Below, piece by piece: positions 29,312 through 38,631 of a DNA stretch of 62,737 bases. This DNA comes from Deltaproteobacteria bacterium (lineage in GTDB: Bacteria > Desulfobacterota > Syntrophia > Syntrophales > UBA2210): NCBI GenBank assembly GCA_016933215.1, contig JAFGBH010000056.1:1-62737 (forward strand). Direction: 5' to 3'. The notes beneath the pieces were generated by a model. It ran no database searches and was not told where the DNA came from. It was given only the letters and a program-made list of their open reading frames with translations. The position numbers were made by a program, and so were the translations under genes. Each line of letters begins with the position of its first letter. Position 1 is the first letter of the stretch.

Positions 29312-30304
29312 TTATTTTTTGTCCGGTTTTGGAATGGTTTGCCAGAAGGTTTTTGCTCTTTGGATTGCTTTCTCGAATGACTCATCATTTATAATGTGGT
29401 CTGGATCATATGCTTCATCACCCTTATCACGGGCAATGACATTAAATAAGTCATCTATCTCTTTTGCAGTAAGTTTCTGTCCCATTACAATTGATATAAT
29501 TGAAATCAGACCTGCAAGGTTATATTTAATCTTCTTCAGGTCTAGTTTCATTTTTGGTGTTTTACCTGTAGCCGTTTTGAAGCAATACCTCATGCTTTGT
29601 TTTTTTGATACCTTTGCCTGATGATGTATTTCCATTATCTTCGGGTCATGAATTATTGAATCATCTAATCTGTATAATTTTTCAATGGCATCTTCATCAC
29701 CATGTCTGGCCTTCCTCAGAATATTAACGGGATAATCCCCGTAGAAGAGCCAGCAGGGAAGAAATACCCTGAGAAAATATATCATCTCAGGTTTTGCTTG
29801 AATCGCCCTGACTCTTTTCTTTGTATCGTTATCAGGTTCATTCTCTTTTTTACTATCGTTTCCTATAACATTGATGGCAATGAATTCCTGAATAACACCA
29901 GTATAGGTAATCGCTGTATTTATGATTTCCTGTTGCTTTTCCTGAGTCAATTTTTGAATTTCCCGATTAATTTCTTCGGGCGTCATTCCTTTGATTTGGT
30001 TGAATCCTCCCATCATAAGTTCGTAGATGTCTAGTGCCTTTGCAGTCGTATCGTTAAGGCTTCTGAATTCATCGGTGACGCCGTAATAGACTCTCCTGTG
30101 ATTGCGATAAAGGGATAGCCATTCTTGTATAGAGGGAAGCTTAGTTTCGCCTTCAATCCGTTTTCCCACTTTAAACATCTCAAGCAATTCAAGGCAGTAC
30201 TCAACACTTCCGGCAATAACAAGAGATGCTATGGCCAGCAAGAGACTCTTGTTATTTGCCCACTCATTGAAGTGCTTCATACCTGGAATATTGATTGTTG
30301 TCAT
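29312..30304 (-). CDS. Hypothetical protein (element-borne orphan)
   Basis: 330-aa open frame with GAGGGGGAG RBS; no family recognised. Confidence 0.75.
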   Translation of the reverse strand: MTTINIPGMKHFNEWANNKSLLLAIASLVIAGSVEYCLELLEMFKVGKRIEGETKLPSIQEWLSLYRNHRRVYYGVTDEFRSLNDTTAKALDIYELMMGGFNQIKGMTPEEINREIQKLTQEKQQEIINTAITYTGVIQEFIAINVIGNDSKKENEPDNDTKKRVRAIQAKPEMIYFLRVFLPCWLFYGDYPVNILRKARHGDEDAIEKLYRLDDSIIHDPKIMEIHHQAKVSKKQSMRYCFKTATGKTPKMKLDLKKIKYNLAGLISIISIVMGQKLTAKEIDDLFNVIARDKGDEAYDPDHIINDESFEKAIQRAKTFWQTIPKPDKK

Positions 30305-30346
30305 TTCTCCCCCTCATGTCGCCGGCAGTATGTAGCACGAGCGCCA

Positions 30347-30395
30347 TTTCTGTCAAGGGTTCCCTTCGGCTCACTTCGTTCGGCCTTGACAGAAA
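30347..30395. repeat. 12-bp inverted repeat upstream of the element's core genes
   Basis: TTTCTGTCAAGG (30347-30358) ... CCTTGACAGAAA (30384-30395), 25-nt spacer. Confidence 0.75.
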
Positions 30396-30718
30396 CGTCT
30401 TTTCTCGTGCTTAAAAGGAATTAGGCGACGGTGAGAGGGTATGGCTCATAGACTCTGATAAAAGGGTTATTTTCGCCATTTCGACAAGTTGAGGCGTATG
30501 TTTTGAACGGAGCTTAACCGTTTCGCCTGCTAATCAATGAATCAATCAAAGAGAAAAAAACGTCGGTTATGAGTTGAAATCTTCAATATGAAAAATTGGT
30601 ATTGAGCTATTGTTAAGTGGCACGTGTCATTAAATTACGAACACGATGGCTGAATAATTGACTTTACAAAACATGTATTGAAGGGACTGCTGCCAAGCTC
30701 TGATACTTCAACGCTTTT

Positions 30719-32158
30719 CTACTTCCAAGATCTTAAGAGAAAGAATAAAAGCAACCCGAATATCTCAAGTCGTCCTAGAAGCATATCTCCCGTAAGAATC
30801 CACTTTCCGATCTCTGGAATATTACCGAAGTTGCTCACTGAACCAACCAGACCAAATCCCGGCCCTACATTACCCATCGTAGCTGCCGAGGCAGAGAATG
30901 CCGTCATAATATCAATTCCCATAAAACATATGAGGAGGCTCGATACAAACACGATGGCGACATAGAGTATTATATAGAGAAGACTTGCCTCAAGAACGTC
31001 ATCGTCGATTGCGATGCCCTCTATTTTCGCTTTCACGACGGCGTGGGTATGTTGGACTTTTGTGATCCTCTTTTTTATTGCATGCCAGAGCAGGACAGCC
31101 CTGTCAACTTTGATTCCGCCCGACGTGGAACCGCTGCAGGCGCACAGTAAAGTAAAAAAGACAATCAGCATCTGGGAGAATGGCGGCCAGATATTACTGT
31201 CAGTTGAGGCAAAACCGGTCGACGTTCCAATGGATATAACCTGAAAAGCGGCATGTCTTATTGTCTCTCCCCAGCCTCCGTATACTGCCCCATGGATATT
31301 GACAGCCACTAATACAACACCGGCAAAGAGCATAATCAGGTAGGTCCGAAGAACCGTTGATCTGAGCAAGACCTTTAGTTTGCCTGATAAGGAGAGAAAC
31401 AGGAGGCCGAAATTGATTCCCGAGAGAATCATGAAGATCATGATAATGGTTTCAATCTGCGGGCTTCTATAGTAAGCGACACTGAGATTTTTCGGCGAGA
31501 ATCCTCCGGTGGCGATGGTGGTAAAGGAATGGTTTATCGCATCAAATAGACTCATCCCGCAGGCCACGAGAGCGATGGTCTCCGCAACTGTCAAGCCCAC
31601 ATAGACCGTCATGATGATCCGCAAAGTCTCCCGTGTCTGATACCTGAAATTGGCAGCGGCAAGCGGCGATATTTCAGATCTATAGAGCATCATACCGATT
31701 TTTCCCATTGAGGGTAGAACCGAGAGGGCAAATATGATAATGCCTACGCCTCCGATCCATTGGGTGGCGGAACGCCAGAACAGAAGCCCGTCGGGAAGCG
31801 CCTCGATGTTCGTCAGAATGGACGACCCCGTCGTAGTAAATCCCGATACACTTTCAAACCATGCGTTCGTAAGGGTAAATTCACCACCCCACAGAACATA
31901 GGGAATCATTCCGATAAGACAGGAGAGAAGCCAGCTCGAAACGACGATGGTAAATCCTTCCTTGATCGATATTTCTTCTGTCGGCGGAATGAAGATGAAC
32001 GGGAATGCCCCGAACAATGCCGCTATAAGGCATGTATAGATAAGAGGGAAAAGGGCAGAGTCCCCTTTCAAAAATGAAATGATCGCAGATATGAAGAGGA
32101 ATGCAGCATTTATCAGCAAGATGATTCCCACATAACGGAGAACGATGTGGTATCTCAT
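30719..32158 (-). CDS. trkH: Trk-system potassium uptake membrane protein
   Basis: FESVSGFTTTGSS, SFTTIATGGFS, STGFAS, GSTSGGIK, GNVGPG, MLLGRLE P-loop motifs; likely ATG 32158. Confidence 0.92.
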   Translation of the reverse strand: MRYHIVLRYVGIILLINAAFLFISAIISFLKGDSALFPLIYTCLIAALFGAFPFIFIPPTEEISIKEGFTIVVSSWLLSCLIGMIPYVLWGGEFTLTNAWFESVSGFTTTGSSILTNIEALPDGLLFWRSATQWIGGVGIIIFALSVLPSMGKIGMMLYRSEISPLAAANFRYQTRETLRIIMTVYVGLTVAETIALVACGMSLFDAINHSFTTIATGGFSPKNLSVAYYRSPQIETIIMIFMILSGINFGLLFLSLSGKLKVLLRSTVLRTYLIMLFAGVVLVAVNIHGAVYGGWGETIRHAAFQVISIGTSTGFASTDSNIWPPFSQMLIVFFTLLCACSGSTSGGIKVDRAVLLWHAIKKRITKVQHTHAVVKAKIEGIAIDDDVLEASLLYIILYVAIVFVSSLLICFMGIDIMTAFSASAATMGNVGPGFGLVGSVSNFGNIPEIGKWILTGDMLLGRLEIFGLLLFFLLRSWK

Positions 32159-32168
32159 GAATCCTGCC

Positions 32169-32918
32169 TCACCTTTCCGACTTTGCAATCAGGCTTTCAA
32201 CCGAGGAAACCAGTTTCGAGATTTCATCCTCGGTATCGACTTTCACCTTAAGCGGAATTCCCGAATCGATGTATCTCTGAATACCGTCGGTGACTTTTAT
32301 TATAGGAGTAACGACAAAAAGGTTAATCAGGAAACTGAAGATAATTGCAAAAACAAAGGCAGATATAATAGCAATAATACCCGGCATTGTCGCCCGGTGG
32401 GCTCTGCTTTCCATATCGGATGCTGTCCGGTACATCATCTGATCATTCAGCGACATGAGATTTTGGACGGAGAGCTTTGCCATGAGAAAAGATGAGTGAA
32501 CCTCACTGAAATACCAACTAAGGTTTCCTTCCCGAGCAGTTTCAACGATTGGTTTGCTCCACAGGGCCTTATAATTGTCGTATGCCCTTGATACGGCATC
32601 GACGTACTCCTGTTCGCCCGGAATTGTCACGTTATTTCGGGCGGTTTCATAGGCTTTTCTGAATGAAGCATCAGCGGACTGTAAAATTGCCCGGCCCTCT
32701 TTCTGTTTGCCCAATAGCAAAAGCAGGATAGCGCTGTCTTCCCGTTCGAGGGCCTCGACCATCAACTTTGCAGCATTGATGCTCTTGTAGTTGTCATCGA
32801 GAATTCTCTGAACGGAGATGCCGATATTGCTCAATTCGTAAATAGACCATGCGCCAGCAACCAGCAACATGATGGCCATTATCAGGAATCCTGAAAATAT
32901 CTTTGCCCGTATTCCCAT
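32169..32918 (-). CDS. Membrane protein with extracytoplasmic four-helix sensor domain and HAMP, no output domain
   Basis: Two TM helices flanking an NYKSI..A..M.EALER four-helix region; C-terminal PI.KVT.GI...DEISKL HAMP then stop. Confidence 0.7.
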   Translation of the reverse strand: MGIRAKIFSGFLIMAIMLLVAGAWSIYELSNIGISVQRILDDNYKSINAAKLMVEALEREDSAILLLLLGKQKEGRAILQSADASFRKAYETARNNVTIPGEQEYVDAVSRAYDNYKALWSKPIVETAREGNLSWYFSEVHSSFLMAKLSVQNLMSLNDQMMYRTASDMESRAHRATMPGIIAIISAFVFAIIFSFLINLFVVTPIIKVTDGIQRYIDSGIPLKVKVDTEDEISKLVSSVESLIAKSER

Positions 32919-33318
32919 GGTCTTCTCCTTATCGGGTCTAAGAGTAAAAAAATCCAGATATGCACTTTATACTACACAAAGCCGGTTTTAAATATATTTT
33001 ATGAGCCCTGTGGGGACGGCAATGCATTTTAGAACAGCGATATAGTAACATTAATCCAAGTTTTTTTCATTCTGTTAATGATTACCAGATGAAGCGTGTA
33101 TGTTTTCTGAAGAGGTCAAGATATTGACTTCAGTCAACAATGATTACCACAAGAAAGCTGGTATCATTTGTTCAATTTCAAATCTGATTACTTCAGGAAG
33201 GAAGAAATATCTCCTTCTCATATTTTATTATTCAACAGATTTGCTACGGATTACTTTCTCATTCTTTACCAATTCTTTACCAGACCCCTCGGAAACTCAA
33301 TACTGGTAAGGATGTTGA

Positions 33319-33347
33319 CAGGTTCAAATCCTGCCGCCCCGACCAAA
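33319..33347 (+). repeat. Distal att site (duplicated tRNA-Pro 3' end)
   Basis: Identical to 26671-26699; the flanking bases differ on both sides. Confidence 0.9.
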
Positions 33348-33525
33348 AATATCAAATCATAGTAACCGCCATCGTTCGATTTACCAACGTACAATGAGAA
33401 AGAATACTCACTGGAAACGAGTGAAACCTTTCACACTATTCCACCCCCATTTTCATTGACCGGAAAAAATCTTTTCCCTATAATCTTCCATAATAAACGG
33501 AAATCTTTATAACATCTGAGAGACT

Positions 33526-36500
33526 ATGCTGGTTCGGGAAACCACAGACGAAATAAAGTATCAGGTAGAGTGGTCCACACAGGACTTTCACGGGACGGGA
33601 ACATTTACCTGGCCCGATGGCAGTTGCTATGAAGGTGATTTTCACGATGGACACCTTCATGGTTATGGGGTCTTCACCTGGGCCGACGGGAGCAATTACA
33701 CAGGTCAATGGCAAAACGATTTGCCCCACGGAAGGGGTGTGTTTACTCTGCCTGATGGAAGTCAAACTGCCGGTGAATGGAACCAGGGAAGGGCAAGCAG
33801 ACAAGATGAACTGAAAAAGGCGGAAGAATCGAGAAAACGAGCAGAGGAAGCAGCGAGAATAGTTAGCGGAGAGGAATTAAAACTTACCGCTGAAGAGGAA
33901 GCGCTGAGGAAAAAGGCAGAAGAGGCCAGGCAAAGGACTGATGAAGCTGCCGCAAGGCTGGCTGAAGAAGAGGCGAAGCTCAAGGCTGAAGAGGAAGCGC
34001 TGAGTAAAAGGGCGGAAGAGGCCAGACAAAAAACCAAGGAAGCTGCCAGGAGACTTGCTGAAGAGGAAGCCAGACTCAAAGAAGAAGAGGAAACACGAAG
34101 AAAGGCAGAAGAGGCAAGAAAAGAGGCAGAGGAAGCGGCAAAAAGATTCGCCGAGGAAGAAGCGAGGCTCAAAGCTGAAGCTGAAGTGCTGAGAAAAAAA
34201 GCAGAAGAGGCGAAACAACGGACCGAAGAGGCGGCCAGAAGACTGGCGGAAGAAGAAACCAGACTCCAGGCCGAAGAGGAGGCGAGAGTAAAGGCTGAAG
34301 AAGCAAGACAAAAAGCCGAAGAAATGGCACGGAGACTTGCCGGAGAGGAAGCCAGAATAAGATCCGAAGAAGCAGAATTGACGAAAAAGGCCGAAGAAGC
34401 AAGGCAAAAGACCGAAGAAACGGCAAGAAGACTTGCTCAAGAGGAAGCCAAACTCAGAGCTGAGGAGGAAGCGAGCAGAAGAGCTGAAGAGGAATTGAGA
34501 ATAAGGGCCGAAAAGGCCATGAGAGAGGCAGAAGAAATATCATTTCGAATGGTCGAGGAAGAGGCCAGGCTGAAAGCTGATGAGGATGAACTGAGGAGAA
34601 GGGTTGAAGAATCAAGGGCAATTGCCTTTGAGACTGCCCGACGGCTTGCCGAGGAAGAAGCGAAACTGAGAGCCGAAGAGGAAGCGAGCAAGAAAGCCGA
34701 GGAGGAACTGAAGAAACGGGAGGCAGACGCCAAACAGCGGGCAAAGGAAGCGGCCATGAGAATGGCCGAGATGGAAGCCAGAATAAGATCCGAAGAAGCA
34801 GAATTGACAAAAAAGGCCGAAGAAGCAAGACAAAAGACTGAGGAAACTACCAGGAGGCTTGCCGAGGAAGAAGCCAGGTTGAGGGCCGAAGAGGAGGAGA
34901 GCAGAAGAGCGGAAGAAGAATTGAGAATAAAGGCCGAAGAGGTCAGGAAAAGAACCAGTGAAGCAAACCAGAGACTGGCCGAAGAAGAGGCCAGGCTCAA
35001 AGCTGACGAGGAAGAGTGGAAAATAAAGGCAGATGAAGGCAAACTTGAGGCTAAAAAAGAAGAGTTGAGAGCCAAAGCCAGTGCTGCACGACAGAAGATC
35101 GAAGCAGAAGCCAGGAAACTTGCCGAAGAGGAAAACAGGTTGAGGGCTGAGGAAGAAGCACTCAAGATAAAAGCTGTTAAGGCCAAACAAAATATTGAGG
35201 AAGCGGCGAGGAGATTGGCTGAAGAAGAAGCGAATCTCCGGATTGAAGAGGAGACAAGTAAAAAGGCTGAAGAAGAATTAAGAATAAAGGCCGAGGAGGC
35301 CAGACGGCGAGCGGAGGAAACAGCGGCAAGACTGTTAGAAGAGGAAGCCCGGCTCGCGGCTGAAGAGGAAGCATTAAGGAATAAATCAGAAGAGACGAGA
35401 CAGAAGGCAGAGGAGACTGCCCGCAGAATTGCAAGAGAAGAAGCACGGCTTCGCGCTGATGAAATGGCGCTTAAAAATGCAGAAGAAGAGGTGAGGATAA
35501 AGGCTCAAGAAACACGGCTAAAGACGGAAGAAGCAACAAAGAGACTCTCCGAAGAGGAAAACAGGCTAAAGGCTGAGACGGAAGAGTTACAGAAGAAGGT
35601 AGATGAAGCGAGGAAGAAAACCTATGATGCTGCCCAAAAACTTGCCGAAAAAGAGGCAAGGTTCAGAGCCGAAGAGGAGGCAAGCAAGAAAGCGGAAGAG
35701 GAGCTGCGGGTAAAGGCCGATGAAGCCAGACAGCGGGCCGAAGAAGCGGCACAAAGACTGGCAGAGGAGATCGAAAGAGCGAAGGAAGACGAAGAAAAGA
35801 CGCAGGAGCTCCTTGAAAAGGAGCGGTTTACCAGGATATCAGAAGTTGAAGGGGCCAAACGAATTGCCGAAAGAGAGGCCATGCTGAGGGCCGAAGAGGA
35901 GGCAAGCAAGAAAGCGGAAGAGGAGCTGCGGGCAAAGGCCGAAGAAGCCAGACAGCGGGCCGAAGAGGCTGCAAGGAGAATTGCCGAAGAGGAGACAAAA
36001 CTTCGAGCTGAAGAGGAGGCAAGCAAGAAAGCGGAAGAGGACCTTCGCAGAAAGGTCGAAGAAGCCAGACGGAGGGCAGAAGATGCGGCCCGGAGACTGG
36101 ATGAGGAAGAAGCCAGACTGAAATTCGAAGAAGAGGAGTTGCGTAAAAAGGCGGAAGACGCCCGACGGAGAACTGAAGAAACGGCAGAAAAGGTGGCCGC
36201 AGAAGAAGCGAGATTAAAAGCCGAAGAGGAAAAGCTTCGAAAGAAGGCGGAAGAGTTGGCAAGAATTTCTCTTGAAGAAGATGGAGCCGCGATTACCTCG
36301 GGGCGTATATCGAAGACCTTTCCTGACGGCAGCACATATGTCGGCGAAATAGTGAGGGGAATGCCACAGGGTCAGGGAGTTATGAACTATGCCGAAGGAA
36401 GCAAGTACGTCGGAGATTGGAAAGAGGGTAAACAGGATGGACACGGTATTCTTACCCTCTCCGATGGAACGATCTACATATGCCAGTGGAAGGAGGGTAA

Positions 36501-36945
36501 AAAGAACGGGAACGGAACGGCAACCATGCCGAATGGGAAAAAGTATATTGGCGATTGGAAAAACGACCGTTATGACGGCCAGGGAACAGAAACCTTTCCG
36601 GACGGCATGAAATACAATGGTCAGTTTAGGGATGGAAAGTTTCACGGCAGAGGGATTCTGGTCCTGCCTGACGGAAGACGATATACAGGTGAGTTCAAGG
36701 ATAGTGCCTTTCATGGAAAGGGAATTCTGGTATTTTCAACGGGGGACCGGTATGAGGGCGATTTTAAGAACAACCGGTATCATGGCAAGGGAAAAATGAT
36801 TATGGCAGACGGCAGATATTACTCGGGCGAACTTGAAAATGGCCTGCCTCACGGAATGGGGACAATGGTATTTACCAGCGGAAAAGAGAATGTTGGTCAA
36901 TTCGTAGAAGGAAGGTTTGTCGGAGAGAGAGAGGTGAGCAGATGA
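33526..36945 (+). CDS. MORN-repeat protein with a very long central E/K/R/A-rich helical repeat region
   Basis: About 3 MORN repeats (YxGxWxxGxxHGxG) at the N-terminus and about 8 at the C-terminus; residues ~92-915 are AEEARQKAEEAARRLAEEEARLKAEEE-type repeats. Confidence 0.88.
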   Translation: MLVRETTDEIKYQVEWSTQDFHGTGTFTWPDGSCYEGDFHDGHLHGYGVFTWADGSNYTGQWQNDLPHGRGVFTLPDGSQTAGEWNQGRASRQDELKKAEESRKRAEEAARIVSGEELKLTAEEEALRKKAEEARQRTDEAAARLAEEEAKLKAEEEALSKRAEEARQKTKEAARRLAEEEARLKEEEETRRKAEEARKEAEEAAKRFAEEEARLKAEAEVLRKKAEEAKQRTEEAARRLAEEETRLQAEEEARVKAEEARQKAEEMARRLAGEEARIRSEEAELTKKAEEARQKTEETARRLAQEEAKLRAEEEASRRAEEELRIRAEKAMREAEEISFRMVEEEARLKADEDELRRRVEESRAIAFETARRLAEEEAKLRAEEEASKKAEEELKKREADAKQRAKEAAMRMAEMEARIRSEEAELTKKAEEARQKTEETTRRLAEEEARLRAEEEESRRAEEELRIKAEEVRKRTSEANQRLAEEEARLKADEEEWKIKADEGKLEAKKEELRAKASAARQKIEAEARKLAEEENRLRAEEEALKIKAVKAKQNIEEAARRLAEEEANLRIEEETSKKAEEELRIKAEEARRRAEETAARLLEEEARLAAEEEALRNKSEETRQKAEETARRIAREEARLRADEMALKNAEEEVRIKAQETRLKTEEATKRLSEEENRLKAETEELQKKVDEARKKTYDAAQKLAEKEARFRAEEEASKKAEEELRVKADEARQRAEEAAQRLAEEIERAKEDEEKTQELLEKERFTRISEVEGAKRIAEREAMLRAEEEASKKAEEELRAKAEEARQRAEEAARRIAEEETKLRAEEEASKKAEEDLRRKVEEARRRAEDAARRLDEEEARLKFEEEELRKKAEDARRRTEETAEKVAAEEARLKAEEEKLRKKAEELARISLEEDGAAITSGRISKTFPDGSTYVGEIVRGMPQGQGVMNYAEGSKYVGDWKEGKQDGHGILTLSDGTIYICQWKEGKKNGNGTATMPNGKKYIGDWKNDRYDGQGTETFPDGMKYNGQFRDGKFHGRGILVLPDGRRYTGEFKDSAFHGKGILVFSTGDRYEGDFKNNRYHGKGKMIMADGRYYSGELENGLPHGMGTMVFTSGKENVGQFVEGRFVGEREVSR

Positions 36946-37562
36946 TTAATAAAAAATCTCTTTCTCATATGTCGCTCCGCAAGTCCTCTGCAAAAGAAAC
37001 CATTCATTTTTATTGGGATGAAAGTTTGTTGAGCAGTAATGCTGCCTTGTCATATCCCGATGGATCGAGATATAGCGGCTATTTCCACGAGGGGGTATTC
37101 CACGGTAGCGGAATATTTATATGGTCCGATGGGAGTCGTTATGAGGGTCGATGGGAAAACGGCTATCCCCATGGACGAGGTACGATGCTTTTGTCCAACG
37201 GAAATAGATACGAAGGGGAATGGAAGAACGGGGAAGCCGAAGGGGATGGAAAAGAGACGATGTCTGACGGCAGCAGATATTCGGGTAAATGGGAAAAGGG
37301 CCAAAAAAGCGGAAAGGGTGAAATGATTTATGCCGACGGTAATAAATATAGTGGTGAATGGAGAGATGGTCTCTGTCACGGTCATGGGGTTTTGCATTTT
37401 TCATCAAATGGATCAAAATACGAAGGGGAATGGGCTGAAAATTATATGATAGGAACAGGAATACTGACATCTCAGGATGGAACAAGGTACCGGGGGGAGT
37501 GGAAAGAAAACGGATTTAACATTATCGAGGACTCCCCAAAGACGGCCTCTCGCAAAGGGTAG
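36942..37562 (+). CDS. MORN-repeat protein
   Basis: About 6 MORN repeats; ATGA overlap with the upstream gene. Confidence 0.85.
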   Translation: MINKKSLSHMSLRKSSAKETIHFYWDESLLSSNAALSYPDGSRYSGYFHEGVFHGSGIFIWSDGSRYEGRWENGYPHGRGTMLLSNGNRYEGEWKNGEAEGDGKETMSDGSRYSGKWEKGQKSGKGEMIYADGNKYSGEWRDGLCHGHGVLHFSSNGSKYEGEWAENYMIGTGILTSQDGTRYRGEWKENGFNIIEDSPKTASRKG

Positions 37563-37574
37563 TCAGGGGAAAAT

Positions 37575-37605
37575 AAAAAAGGCCTTGCTTTGTTTGACAA
37601 GGCCT
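37575..37605 (-). terminator. Rho-independent terminator of the oxidoreductase/ACT operon
   Basis: Minus strand AGGCCTTG-N10-CAAGGCCT followed by a T-run, between convergent genes. Confidence 0.65.
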
Positions 37606-37640
37606 CATGTATTGTTTTCTGATTGATAATACAATGATTA

Positions 37641-38072
37641 TTACATATGATAGAGTTCACTTCCCAGAGTTCTTATCCAGTTATCTTTCAAGACCTTCAG
37701 TGCCTTATTAACCGATTCGACGCCGAGTATAAGAACGGTGATCTCGCCCCCTCCGATATAGGGATAAATGTAATCAACATTTATTTTAGCTAACTTCAGA
37801 GGCTTCAATACTGCATTGAGTCCACCGGGGTGATGGGGTACCACACAGGCGATGACATCTTTGGTCTCTATATCATATCCGGCCGTTTTCATGACGTTCA
37901 TGGCCTTGTCAGGATCATTTGCTATAAAATGAAGTTTTCCTTCTTTTCCCTGTGCCGTAAAGTAAAAGGCGAGAATATTAACTCCATTAAAACCCAAAAG
38001 CTCGCTGACGGCTGATAACGCGCCCGGTTCGTTTTTTAGTGAGTGATTGATCTGCAAAACCGTTTTCATCAA
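37641..38072 (-). CDS. Tandem ACT-domain protein
   Basis: NEPGAL..V..LL...GVNI and HHPGGLNAVL..L....INVDYIY ACT repeats. Confidence 0.85.
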   Translation of the reverse strand: MMKTVLQINHSLKNEPGALSAVSELLGFNGVNILAFYFTAQGKEGKLHFIANDPDKAMNVMKTAGYDIETKDVIACVVPHHPGGLNAVLKPLKLAKINVDYIYPYIGGGEITVLILGVESVNKALKVLKDNWIRTLGSELYHM

Positions 38073-38617
38073 CTGGCTCCTTTCAAAACATATTCAGCAC
38101 CGATATCAAGGCTTTTTCGGTTCAGCTTCATCATTGCCGCCTTTTTCCCTTTTGAAATTTCCTCCAGTGCGCCCATAATCGATTCAAGCGATGTTACCTG
38201 TGTTTTCGTGACAAAGGCGCCGAGCATAATCATGTTGACCGAGCGTTCATTGCCGAATTCTTCTTTAGCAATTTTGTTTGCGGGTAACTTGACGGCCGTA
38301 ATATCGGTTCTCGTTATATCAGAGTCAACGAGGCTTGTGTTGAGTATGACGATTCCCTTTTCGTTTATGGCACTCTCGAATTTTGAGAGGGAGGGGTTGT
38401 TCATAATGACGCCATAATCCGGTGAAGATGCCACGGGTGAGAAAATTTCCTCATCCGACACGGCGACGGTACAGTTGGCGGTTCCCCCCCGCACCTCTGC
38501 TCCGTATGAGGGAAGATAGGTTACTTCATAGCCGTCCCTCATGGCAGCGACGGCAAATACATACCCCATCATAAGTACCCCTTGTCCTCCGAAACCTGCG
38601 AATACTGTTTTTTTCAT
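38069..38617 (-). CDS. 2-oxoacid:ferredoxin oxidoreductase gamma subunit
   Basis: AGFGGQGV, PSYGAEVRGGTANC, NMIMLGA. Confidence 0.92.
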   Translation of the reverse strand: MKKTVFAGFGGQGVLMMGYVFAVAAMRDGYEVTYLPSYGAEVRGGTANCTVAVSDEEIFSPVASSPDYGVIMNNPSLSKFESAINEKGIVILNTSLVDSDITRTDITAVKLPANKIAKEEFGNERSVNMIMLGAFVTKTQVTSLESIMGALEEISKGKKAAMMKLNRKSLDIGAEYVLKGAS

Positions 38618-38631
38618 ACACTACAATCCAT

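Larger units (their letters stand above)
26671..33347. mobile_element. Integrative element (~6.7 kb) in tRNA-Pro: integrase, Rep_trans initiator, orphan ORF, TrkH/HAMP cargo
   Basis: Exact 29-bp direct repeat of the tRNA 3' end at both boundaries; integrase adjacent to the tRNA; core genes visibly more AT-rich than flanks. Confidence 0.85.

Noticed and set aside
26712-33347. Prophage or inovirus
   Set aside because: No Zot-like ATPase, small hydrophobic coat genes, terminase, portal or capsid ORFs inside the att sites
33762-36335. Many 60-250 aa minus-strand ORFs rich in S/A/L/F
   Set aside because: Antisense shadows of the E/K/R/A repeat gene; low complexity and no independent RBS or motif
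33526-36945. TolA call for the giant alanine/glutamate-rich protein
   Set aside because: No N-terminal TM anchor, no TolA C-terminal domain, no tolQR/tolB/pal neighbours; both ends are MORN repeats
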